A DNA stretch of 64,000 nucleotides from contig JAKMXF010000066.1 of assembly GCA_024704765.1 (NCBI GenBank), positions 1,309,673 to 1,373,672 on the forward strand, in the 5' to 3' direction. Made by a program: the position numbers and the translations under genes. Each line of letters begins with the position of its first letter. The first letter of the stretch is position 1. Shown one piece after another: positions 49,356-59,421 of this stretch. This stretch comes from Oopsacas minuta (lineage: Eukaryota; Animalia; Porifera). Below the pieces are notes generated by a model. It made no database searches. It was given only the letters and a program-made list of their open reading frames with translations, and had not been told where the DNA came from.

Positions 49356-50777
49356 TTATAAAGCTACATGAGCAGGGTACTCAACAGCTGTCCCACTCAT
49401 GACGTCATCCGATGTGTCCACTCTCTCAAATACATTAAGTATTTGTTTGGGATTTTTAGCTCGCATCTCAATTTCATTTTCCTTGGAAATTCGCTGATTA
49501 CTGTTCTTCAATAATCCTCACATTGTAATGATAATTAGTGTATATAAGACTACAAGGATACCTGCCAAAAGTATTACAGCAAGAAATGCTGATAGAATGT
49601 ATCCATTTACGCCTGAATAGGTTTGAGGAATTTAAAGATTGGTGAAATTCGTGTTCAAACAGCTGAAGCTACCCTCGTTATTCAAACACGTCACCATACA
49701 CCCACCATTATTGTCTAAGCATTCGTTAATATCTATACAATTGGTTTGGTTTGCTAGTTGATATCCTATCTCACAAGCACAATTATAGCTCCCATTTGTA
49801 TTCAGACATAACATTTCACAGCCATAAGTCTGTTCCTCGCATTCATCAATGTCCAAACAGAGTCCATCCTCCATTCTATAACCTTTACAGCATTCACAAG
49901 TTGCACCAAGTAGACTTGTACAATATTTAGGATATCCGTACTCATCACATTGATAGTATTCTAATGTAGAAATGTTAGCTTTCAAACAGTAAAAACTGCC
50001 ATTCAAATTCATGCACACATCCTGACAATCTCCGTTATTCGTTAGACACTCATCGATATCCAAGCATTCAGTATCATTAGTCAATTGGAACCCTTCACTA
50101 CAAGAGCACTGAAAACTACCTTCCGTATTCTGGCAGTTCATTTGACAGTTATCGATAGACTCCACACACTCATCAACATCAACACAATGTAGACTGTTAT
50201 TATCCAGTCTGTATCCAGCGCAACACTTGCAAGTAGAGTTAACACAATTCTCAATACATTCTCCTTCGGTGCAGATGTAATCTCCTGGTGTGTTGATACA
50301 TTTTTTACCATTTGTACAGATATCTGTGCCTGCAATACACTCATCGATGTCCAAACATGATATTCCATCATCGCCCAACACATATCCTATATCACAATGA
50401 CACTCATAAGATCCGATCGTGTTTTTACAGTTCTGTTCACAATTATTTTGTTCAAGTTTACATTCGTCCTCATCAGTGCATTCTCCGGTACTGTGCAGGA
50501 TATAACCATCTTCACAAGTGCATGCAGCACCAGTCGGTGTGTCACGACATATAAAACCTTTTGGACAAATTACAGTTCCACTAAAACAGCTGTATAATCC
50601 ATTATCAGTGCAGTTGGTATACAAACTCGGTGTAGAGATAGAGCTACGGTATACTCTACTAGGCTCCAGACAGTAAGAAGATATGAAATACACACGGTAT
50701 TGGATTACAACAGAAGTCCATCTGAGACTACAATCACAAAAGAAAGGATTATCAGCAAAGATATACCTTTTTGTAAC
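49356..50777 (-). pseudogene. LRR-EGF-transmembrane receptor, copy C (3' half only, two in-frame stops)
   Basis: The frame starts at LRRCT (YIFADNPFFCDCSLRW) and runs through the EGF repeats. Reading through TAA (49632-49634) and a later TGA gives the TM helix YILSAFLAVILLAGILVVLYTLIIITM and the family tail ...SDDVMSGTAVEYPA. Confidence 0.8.
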
Positions 50778-51754
50778 CTGTAGATTTACACCTTGGTAAG
50801 GTTTTGGTCTGACACAATATCAATATGCCACTTCAAAATTTCCCATAGAAATTGCAATATGTTTATGGACTGTTGAGTACAAGGAGCAAAATCTTAGTAT
50901 AGTGAATCTGACATTGGAAAATTGGTCCCAAAAATTTGGTCACATGGACCATTTTTCCATAGAATTTTGGTCTCCGGACCAATTTTCAGGGGAGACCAAC
51001 ATTTTGGTGACAGATCCTGTATATTATCATAGGGTACTGCTTTAAAAGAATAACCTGATTATTATCATAAAATGTTCAAATCAAAAACAATTTCGTTGCT
51101 TCTTAGCTCTTTACAGTTAACTCCAGTTATATCGAAGCTCAAGGGACTGCGATTATTACTTCGCTATAAGCGAGTGTATCGAGGCAACCGTACTCGTTAA
51201 AACGAAAGTTAACTGTGTTTGTTGTTTTTATCACATAAATAGTAAACATAAATACAGTCGAACCTCCAAGATCCGGTTACCAGATTTCGAAAATCTTTGA
51301 AATTCAATTGACTACTACCATTGAATTTAACTAAAAGTAGAGGTGATCTCCAGGCATAACAAGTTTCAAAAAGGTTAAATAACCAAAAGCCGTTAAAGTA
51401 TCTTTTGTTTTGACAATTTTGATGCATCTCGATAAATCACAATATTTAAAGAATGTTATTTCTAAGATTCGGGCACCCTCCTGACGCGACTACCCGAATC
51501 TCAGAGCTCCGACTCGACTGTATAGCCCTTCAATCCAACATATTTTACCAGAATATCATAATACATACGGGCAGAGGTGTAGCTAGCTCTACCTCATTGG
51601 GGTTGCTGACAATTCCTCTGGGGCTGCTAGCAACCCCAATAACATATAGATTGCATGTAATTTTCAATCAAAATATATAATAAGATTCTCTTATACTAAA
51701 TTACTTATATAGGCATCGATTCAATAACATTTGAAGTAAAACTTGATTAGCTTC

Positions 51755-51950
51755 ATGGTAAGATTGTGTTTATTATTCCTTCACCTCTTCATATGTGTAT
51801 GTTACATAAATGCCACTTGTCAACTTGTAAATGATAGTTTGAATTATTGCAGTGACAGTTATTATGTGGCTTGCTATCTGCACAATAACACTGGTGGAAT
51901 GGGGGAAATATTGAGTACTTGTGGTATAGGTAGATATTTATATGTATATG
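51755..51950 (+). pseudogene. Orphan 5' fragment of an LRR-EGF receptor gene
   Basis: MVRLCLLFLHLFICVCYINATCQLVNDSLNYC...CYLHNNTGGMGEILSTC matches the signal peptide and Cys cap of copies A and B (C..V..S.NYC...CYLYSNT.G.VGE.L..C). Homology is lost after about 65 codons. Confidence 0.7.
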
Positions 51951-52429
51951 GACCCTTTACAAATTTTCAGCTCTTAATCATAAACGTTGTGTGTTGTAGA
52001 GCGGATACGGAACTACAAACAAAAAACCACTGAGATCAATACCGAGCCTTATACTAAAGTATAATTGCATACGCCCTAAGTGACCAGCCAAATGCATCTT
52101 AGCAATAACTTGTATAACCAAATTATATATTTTGATTATCCTAGTCTCAATGTTATGTTTAGGGTTGCCAGACGTCCGGGTTTGGAGCCATTTGTCCGGA
52201 GTCCGGGAATGGAACCAATTTGTCCGGGTTTGAAGAATTTTGACTTCTTATGATTTTTAAATTAGGTTCATAGTTGCTAGTTATTCGTACATACAGTACA
52301 CATGGTTCAGCATTCCTTGTCTGACAACTCAGATCTATAGTAATCTAGAAATACTTATATGGAATTGAAATATGATTTTCCAGTTCCTACTGTCTAGTAA
52401 ATTATTATTCACCCATGAATTTGGTATTA

Positions 52430-52604
52430 CAGTGGTACCTGTCTTATACGACCACCTGGCGTTCCGACAAATCTGGTCGTAAAAGACAGGTGGTCGTTGA
52501 TCACAGGTTTGCTATAGCCGAATGTCTTTATCCGTGCCGGAGAAATCAGTCGTAATAGGCAGGAAGTCGCCCATGGCAGGGGTCGTACAATACAGGTACC
52601 ACTG
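52430..52604. mobile_element. Tigger-type MITE nested in the hAT element
   Basis: 24-bp TIR CAGTGGTACCTGT(C/A)TT(A/G)TACGACC with TA flanks. Confidence 0.85.
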
Positions 52605-52806
52605 TACTTGGATTTATACAAATAACTGCCTCGGATCCATATAATTTTTCAAATCTTGTGCACTACTGCTTACTCGAGGATATCGAATATGCGGTCCCGT
52701 ATATTCCGACTCCCCCTCGCTTTGCCATCTCCCCACTTATTCTGTACCCTGAGTAAGTTAGTTTAGTTACGCACTATGTTTGATATGTTTTGTTTCATAC
52801 AAATTA

Positions 52807-53057
52807 CAGTAGAACTCGGTTAAGACGTACTCTCGGATAAGACGTACTTGTCTCCAATAACCGAAATTTTCTCCTATTTAACCAATTGTAAATGATTCGG
52901 TTAATTCGTACTCGGTTAATTCGTACTCGGCTAATTCGTACTCGGATAAGACCTACATTTTAGTACCTTTCATTTATGTGCTGGGATAAGACGTACCTCG
53001 GTTAATACGTACTTTTTATTGTTTCCCAAGCTAGTACGTCTTAACCGAGTTCTACTG
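52807..53057. mobile_element. Tigger-type MITE nested in the hAT element
   Basis: Perfect 25-bp TIR CAGTAGAACTCGGTTAAGACGTACT with TA flanks and internal 15-mer subrepeats. Confidence 0.9.
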
Positions 53058-53513
53058 TATGATTTTCAAGTTACGTCTTCTGAGACTTTAGTTTCCTCCT
53101 AAACTAATAGACAACATCTTAATATTGGAAACAAAAATTATGTCCGGGTTTGGTCTTATGAAAATCTGGCAACCCTAGTTATGTTACTGTAATATTTTTT
53201 AATAGAAACTATTACCATTGCTTTTCAATATTTTCAATAAGCCGTATAAACGATGTGATGACCACCATATGGAGAGCAATAGGTTGGGGTCTATGTAATC
53301 GGCACAGTAGAACTTGCCAGTTCCGTCCAGGATATTAGGGTATCAAAATGGTCCATTCTGTTCCTTGAATTAGGAAAGCACTATAAATAGCCAATCGCGT
53401 AACAGAATCATTATAAATATCAGTTTCCTTATTATAAACAGTTCAAAAACTAAAAGGCATTTCGAAAACATCTTGATACAGTTACAGTTAGTGATTCATT
53501 TACAAACCTTTAT

Positions 53514-54788
53514 ATGAATTCCCGAAAACTTCAATTTTACTACATAGCCTTGAGTCTAGTATGGACACTTCTAACAGGCCTTTTTACAATAATATTTTTA
53601 TCATCCGAGCAATATTTGAAAGAACAAATTCCATTTTATCATACAGAAAATCTTTCTCACACGTTACAAATTCCGAATAATCACACAGTACAAGTTTCTA
53701 CAATTTTGAATTCTTCATCCAACTCCTGGTTTGAATACAGAAATAATTGGAATGGAGAAATATTGATAGAAACCGAATTTAGTAAAAGACAAATACTTTT
53801 CACGAAGAAATATGTTCAGACTATGACAGAGAAAGGAACACATCCTCTTACACAAGCCTACCCAAAGTTCTTAGAACGTCTTGAATTTGTGAATAAGACC
53901 TGCCAAGAACTTCCAGGGAAAATAGACTACAAACTTGTGCTTGATTCTTCTCTATACTTCATACATTTCAATGATGATTTTGAAGTAATAAATTGCCTTG
54001 TACCAAAGGCATCATCTGATACATGGACACAACAATTTGCAAAGATGATAGGCCCAAATGTACCTACTAGTATGGATTTGGTATATAACATTAGTTTGAC
54101 TAATCACTTCGAACCGCTCAGAGAAATAGCACATCGTATCCAAACTTATACGAAATTTTTCGTACACAGACATCCCTTCGAACGTCTTGTCTCAGGTTAT
54201 TGTAACAAATTCGTAGATCCACCTAGATATGAGTATATGAACAGATATGCAAAAGTTATTATTATTTCAAATTATCTGAAGAAATATCCCCACGATAGGC
54301 GAAGCTTTGAAAGACAATACACACATTTGTCTGATTCAAAGAAGCAAGATATTCTCAAACAAATAGACCGACTTGGTTCAGTACAAGAGAAATTTGGCAT
54401 CACCTTTATTGAGTTTTTGAACTACGTAATTAATACGGTAGATGAAAGTGGTATAGACAAATTGGATATTCACTGGATGCCTGTATCCAGTATTTGTAAT
54501 CCATGTGCTGTGCATTATGACATAATGATAGAGCATGATTATGTTTCTGAAGAGTCACAGCTGTTAGTTGATTATCTTCAAAAGAACAAAGCAACAAACG
54601 CTCATTTGTATTTCAACAAATTTGAAAAGAAGGCAACACGTGACAAATGTAACCAATATTTCAGTGATATTCCACTGAATGTACGTCGGAGATTGTATGA
54701 GATATTCCGTAATGATTTCATATTATTCGACTATAAATATGATCTAGAGAGTAAGGACTATTTTTGTGAAGAGAATACTAACAATTAA
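53514..54788 (+). CDS. Carbohydrate sulfotransferase (Sulfotransfer_2 / CHST8-14-like), type II membrane, copy 1
   Basis: N-terminal TM anchor, 5'-PSB-like CLVPKASSDTW, 3'-PB RHPFERLVSGY, HWMPVSSICNPC..YD and YEIFRNDFILFDY. Confidence 0.88.
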   Translation: MNSRKLQFYYIALSLVWTLLTGLFTIIFLSSEQYLKEQIPFYHTENLSHTLQIPNNHTVQVSTILNSSSNSWFEYRNNWNGEILIETEFSKRQILFTKKYVQTMTEKGTHPLTQAYPKFLERLEFVNKTCQELPGKIDYKLVLDSSLYFIHFNDDFEVINCLVPKASSDTWTQQFAKMIGPNVPTSMDLVYNISLTNHFEPLREIAHRIQTYTKFFVHRHPFERLVSGYCNKFVDPPRYEYMNRYAKVIIISNYLKKYPHDRRSFERQYTHLSDSKKQDILKQIDRLGSVQEKFGITFIEFLNYVINTVDESGIDKLDIHWMPVSSICNPCAVHYDIMIEHDYVSEESQLLVDYLQKNKATNAHLYFNKFEKKATRDKCNQYFSDIPLNVRRRLYEIFRNDFILFDYKYDLESKDYFCEENTNN

Positions 54789-55078
54789 CTTAATAATTAC
54801 ATAAAGATTTTCACTTTATTACTTTAAACATATATATTTATTTATTAGTATTAGTTCTACTATGACTGAAAGTAGATTACTTTATTTTGATTCATGTGAA
54901 TTTATAAGTTACATTTTCCTACTCCTATTGTAAATAATATGGAATCTACGTACATACATTTTCCATTGGTTTACGTAGGTTTATACTATTGGTGGTCTTA
55001 CTACTTTTTCTTTCAAAGAAATAGTTAGAAAACCCTGTTTCGGGCATTTCATATAGAATCCGTTCTCCAAGCTAAAAG

Positions 55079-56574
55079 ATGTTAGCAGAAAAATACGAAG
55101 CTATTACAATCTTTTTCACGCAAGGTGTGTATCCAACAGCTGTCCTCCAATCTAAGATTGCATATCATGCCAAAAAGAACTTTCGTGTGAAGGCTTCACA
55201 ATATGTAATCGGAGAGGAAAACAAACTTTTCAAGGTAATTTTAACAGAAGATTCTAGAACACAATGACCTTGTTCAGTATTTTATCTTATGTTTACTTTC
55301 TCAAGATCTACTTATTCCATTATTCAAACCAGATACATAATTATTGAATGATAAGGGTTGAATTTTCTGCACATGGCTAAAATTGTGAGGGGAGCCAGCT
55401 TTGCAACCCTGCTCTAAATATCATTGCGCTTATAGTGAGATAACTAATAATTTTTTATTATTCTACAATATTTTTTAACATGTGTCATTAGGTGATCAAT
55501 AGTGGGAGTAATTCGCGCTCATTAGAGGTTGTCTGCTCAGACCAAGGCTTCTGCATCCCTGATGTGATCGCGTATCAGGTATTAAAAGATTGCAGCCCCG
55601 AAACAATGGTTAGTGCAACTATATATTTTAACTTTCAAATTCACATAGGTCTGTTTCTCATTTTTTCGTAATTAATACTGGCCAAATGATATTGATTGTA
55701 TGAATATACGAGTTTGTTCTGTTTATAGAGAAGAGAGATTACTTACAGTCTGATGGAGTTCTCTAAACACATCTATCCAGACATGGGGCCTACACAAGCC
55801 TGGGACTACCTTGATAAAGTGTTATATGCACTGGTAATGTTTTTGAGTCACTTATATGAATAGTTAAAGTTATCTAATGTTGCTACCAACTATACTAGTT
55901 TAGGCAATCGATTTCATAGAAAAGGATTTATTCAACCTAAGAGTAGATGAACTTTCACACCTCGATATTCACCATCTAGAGTCTGATAACCCCATCATTT
56001 CCCCCATTACGACTGAGTGGTAGAAAGAGAAGTGCAATCTGTTAGAAATCCAATTCCAACAACCAACTGACCAACATTCTACTATGGCAGGGCGTAGAGT
56101 GCGAGATTATGAGCCGTGGGAGTGCTCCAGTATTGAACGTGATGGCAACTGTCTCTTTAGATGTCTGTCTAAACTCATTTTAGGAAGTCAGGAGTATCAT
56201 GCCAAGATCCGGGGTGAGATCTGCCGCTATATGGTGAGTGATGGGAAGGATGTTATTAATTGGTACTTCAATGAGGTTCTGACTACTCCTCTTTCTCACC
56301 ATATTAACAGTACTTCCATGAGCAGCAATGGCAGCTGGGCCATTGATGCTGAATTGATGCAGCCTCTGCACTACTCGAGGCTGATATCTATGTTGCCAAC
56401 AAAATTTATCGAACGGAGGGAAGCTTAGATACTGAAATCCGGTGGTCACGTTTAAGAGCTTCCAACAACTACACCAACAACCCTGCTCTATACATTGCAA
56501 ACTATTCTGACCATTATGAGCCAGTCTACAGTATGTTTAATGATAAAAATCCCGACCTTCTCCTTCAGCGATAA
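55079..56574 (+). pseudogene. Decayed OTU cysteine-protease gene, probably transposon-derived. Putative exons 55079-55234, 55492-55608, 55729-55833, 55904-56574
   Basis: OTU motifs IERDGNCLFRCLS...H..IR...WAIDAEL/AASALLEADIYV...LYIANYSDHYEPV. In-frame TAG at 56021-56023 and a one-base frameshift near 56359. The three upstream phase-0 exons are open. Confidence 0.75.
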
Positions 56575-56801
56575 AACTCTTATTGAAATCACTGATTCAT
56601 AAGCATTAAACTCTACTGTGTTTTCGAAAGCGCTCAAAGGCAAGGTACCTCGAATCTTGTTGGGACCTCTGCTCGAGGTTATTCAGGCAACGCAATCCCT
56701 ATCATGGCGAGCCCAGATAATGGAAACGCGACCTGCAACGGCACATCCCCAGTGGCGAAAACAAGAAGTAATACCACTTAAATACACCAATTCAACTAAC
56801 T

Positions 56802-56860
56802 CAAGTGTATTGCGAGAAAGGCAACGCAACTGACGAGTCCAAGCCGGGGCGAAACGCTTG
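56802..56860 (+). ncRNA. Type III hammerhead ribozyme
   Basis: Stem III CAAGUGU/ACGCUUG, GUA cleavage triplet (56807-56809), stem I UUGCG/CGCAA, core CUGACGA (56830-56836), stem II GUCC/GGGC, then GAAA (56851-56854). All conserved core nucleotides are present. Confidence 0.88.
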
Positions 56861-57244
56861 TTCACCTGTCTATCTTGTGTTCTTGCTGTTGGAATTCCAA
56901 ATGATTTATGGGAAAACTATAAGAAGGTCCGAAAACGTCTAATTGGTAAATGGTTAATATGATACCATTCTTATGGCAACCCCCATGTCCTGGTCAGTGT
57001 CGTGCCAAAACAGTACAATTCAATATAAGCCTATCCGATCAAACTCACCCAAGTTACCGATCAAAGTACACCACACAAGTATACGCAAACTCTCACCGGG
57101 TTGTGCCACAAGCATATCCGAACCAAGTATACTGACCAAAGTAACTTGACTCAAATATGACACTCTCGCCAAAATATATATACCATATACACAGGAAGAT
57201 GAGGATGACTCATTCAAAGATATTGCATTTGATCTTATTAAATA

Positions 57245-57615
57245 CAGTTGACTCCGCTTAATCGGGTCACTTTGGTTCCAGAGCATTTTGACCCGATTAA
57301 GCGGAGAACCCAATTAACCGAAAATTACAATATATAGATGGGTAAATGTATAAAATTATGGCAAAGGCCCTACAGTGGTAGTACTATGGTCTAATCTAGT
57401 ACAACTAGTATCGATATGTAAATTAGTTCGGGAAGAACACATCAAGTGTAGTTAAGTTTTGACCCAATTAATAAGTAGAAAATTTTACCCAATTATGCTA
57501 AGGTTTTGACCCGATTCACCAAATTTTGGCCCGATTAACCGAAAATATTTTGTATTAGCTCTATGGGCATGATTTCGTTCCAAGAAGAAGTGACCCGATT
57601 AACCGGAGTCGACTG
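57245..57615. mobile_element. Tigger/pogo-type MITE (family of 12097-12602)
   Basis: TIR CAGTTGACTCCGCTTAATCGGG / CCCGATTAACCGGAGTCGACTG with TA flanks. Confidence 0.8.
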
Positions 57616-58197
57616 TACTACATTTGATATATGATTATTGTAATTTATTAAATGTACATAAAAATTGTTAAAATTGACTTTGTTTTGTTTTAGAATATTT
57701 GATGATTTTCAGTACGCTACTGATGCATTAATATAGATGAGTTAAAATCTCACGGTGAAAGACTATCCCTGGTCCAATAATACTAATGAGTTAAAATCTC
57801 AGGCAACAGTTGGCAATACTGGAGCTCTTACGTGGCTTTTGGTTAGTAATCTCGGCACTTCGTATCTCTGCGTTAAGAAATTCTAAAAGTTCTCTAAATT
57901 TGGAAATTTTCAATTTTTGTACAGTAATGATGAGTTTGTAATTGTTCAAAGCGATGACGTCAGGACATTTGGATTATTTTGGGGTACTTGTGATTCAAAT
58001 TTAAACCATCTATCATTTATAATTGGCTGAGCAGCGACTAATAGTAATAGACTATCTACAACTTCCTTTGCATAACCGAATCATTAGATATAACGATTCC
58101 TATAACAGTTCAAGTAACTGTTAGGTCTCGAGAACATATTTGCATGCACTTACACACATTATATTAGCTAGTTAGATATTCATTATTACCGAATTTC

Positions 58198-59421
58198 ATG
58201 ATTTCCAAAAGACTTCAATTTTTCTACATATTCTTGATTCTAGTATGGATACTTCTAACCAGCATTTTTACAAGATTATATTCATCACCAGAGCGAGATT
58301 TTAAAGAACTAATACCAAATAATAAAGTTTCTACAATTTTGAGTTATTCATCCAACTCCTGGTTTGAATACAGAAATAATTGGAATGGAGAAATATTGAT
58401 AGAAACCGAATTTAGTAAAAGACAAATACTTTTCACGAAGAAATATGTTCAGACTATGACAGAGAAAGGAACACATCCTCTTACACAAGTCTACCCAAAG
58501 TTCTTAGAACGTCTTGAAATTCTGAATAAGACCTGCCAAGAACTTCCAGAGAAAATAGACTACAAACTTGTGCTTGATTCTTCTCTATACTTCATACATT
58601 TCAATGATGATTTTGAAGTAATAAATTGCCTTGTACCAAAGGCATCATCTGATACATGGACAATACAATTTGCAAAGATGATAGGCCCAAATGTACCTAC
58701 TAGTATGGATTTGGTATATAACATTACTTTGTCTAATCACTTCGTACCGCTCAGAGAAATAGCACATCGTATCCAAACTTATACGAAATTTTTCGTACAC
58801 AGACATCCCTTCGAACGTCTTGTCTCAGGTTATTGTAACAAATTCGTAGATCCACCTAGATATGAGTATATGAACAGATATGCAAAAGCTATTATTATTT
58901 CAAATTATCTGAAGAAATATCCCCACGATAGGCGAAGCTTTGAAATAGAATACACACATTTGTCTGATTCAGAGAAGCAAGATATTCTCAAACAAATAGA
59001 CCGACTTGGTTCAGTACAAGAGAAATTTGGCATCACCTTTATTGAGTTTTTGAACTACGTAATTAATACGGTAGATGAAAGTGGTATATACAATTTGGAT
59101 ATTCACTGGATGCCTGTATCCAGTATTTGTAATCCATGTGCTGTGCATTATGACATAATGATAGAGCATGATTATGTTTCTGAAGAGTCACAGCTGTTAG
59201 TTGATTATCTTCAAAAGAACAAAGCAACAAACGCTCATTTGTATTTCAACAAATTTGAAAAGAAGGCAACACGTGACAAATGTAACCAATATTTCAGTGA
59301 TATTCCACTGAATGTACGGCGGAGATTGTATGAGATATTCCGTAATGATTTCATATTATTCGACTATAAATATGATCTAGAGAGTAAGGACTATTTTTGT
59401 GAAGAGAATACTAACAATTAG
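58198..59421 (+). CDS. Carbohydrate sulfotransferase, copy 2 (tandem duplicate)
   Basis: Catalytic domain almost identical to 53514-54788, with the stem 17 aa shorter. About 120 bp of 3' flank is also shared. Confidence 0.88.
   Translation: MISKRLQFFYIFLILVWILLTSIFTRLYSSPERDFKELIPNNKVSTILSYSSNSWFEYRNNWNGEILIETEFSKRQILFTKKYVQTMTEKGTHPLTQVYPKFLERLEILNKTCQELPEKIDYKLVLDSSLYFIHFNDDFEVINCLVPKASSDTWTIQFAKMIGPNVPTSMDLVYNITLSNHFVPLREIAHRIQTYTKFFVHRHPFERLVSGYCNKFVDPPRYEYMNRYAKAIIISNYLKKYPHDRRSFEIEYTHLSDSEKQDILKQIDRLGSVQEKFGITFIEFLNYVINTVDESGIYNLDIHWMPVSSICNPCAVHYDIMIEHDYVSEESQLLVDYLQKNKATNAHLYFNKFEKKATRDKCNQYFSDIPLNVRRRLYEIFRNDFILFDYKYDLESKDYFCEENTNN

Larger units (their letters stand above)
52160..53177. 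mobile_element. Non-autonomous hAT element carrying two nested MITEs
   Basis: TIR TAGGGTTGCCAGA / TCTGGCAACCCTA with perfect 8-bp TSD GTTATGTT at 52152-52159 and 53178-53185. Confidence 0.9.

Noticed and set aside
51209-51427. Minus-strand ORF as the missing LRR part of receptor copy C
   Set aside because: No LxxLxLxxN pattern, and it overlaps a MITE terminus (TACAGTCGAACCTCC).
52807-53057. Tandem 15-mers (CTCGGTTAATTCGTA-like) resembling a CRISPR array
   Set aside because: The repeats are adjacent without unique spacers, lie inside a TIR-bounded MITE, and there are no cas genes in this eukaryotic context.
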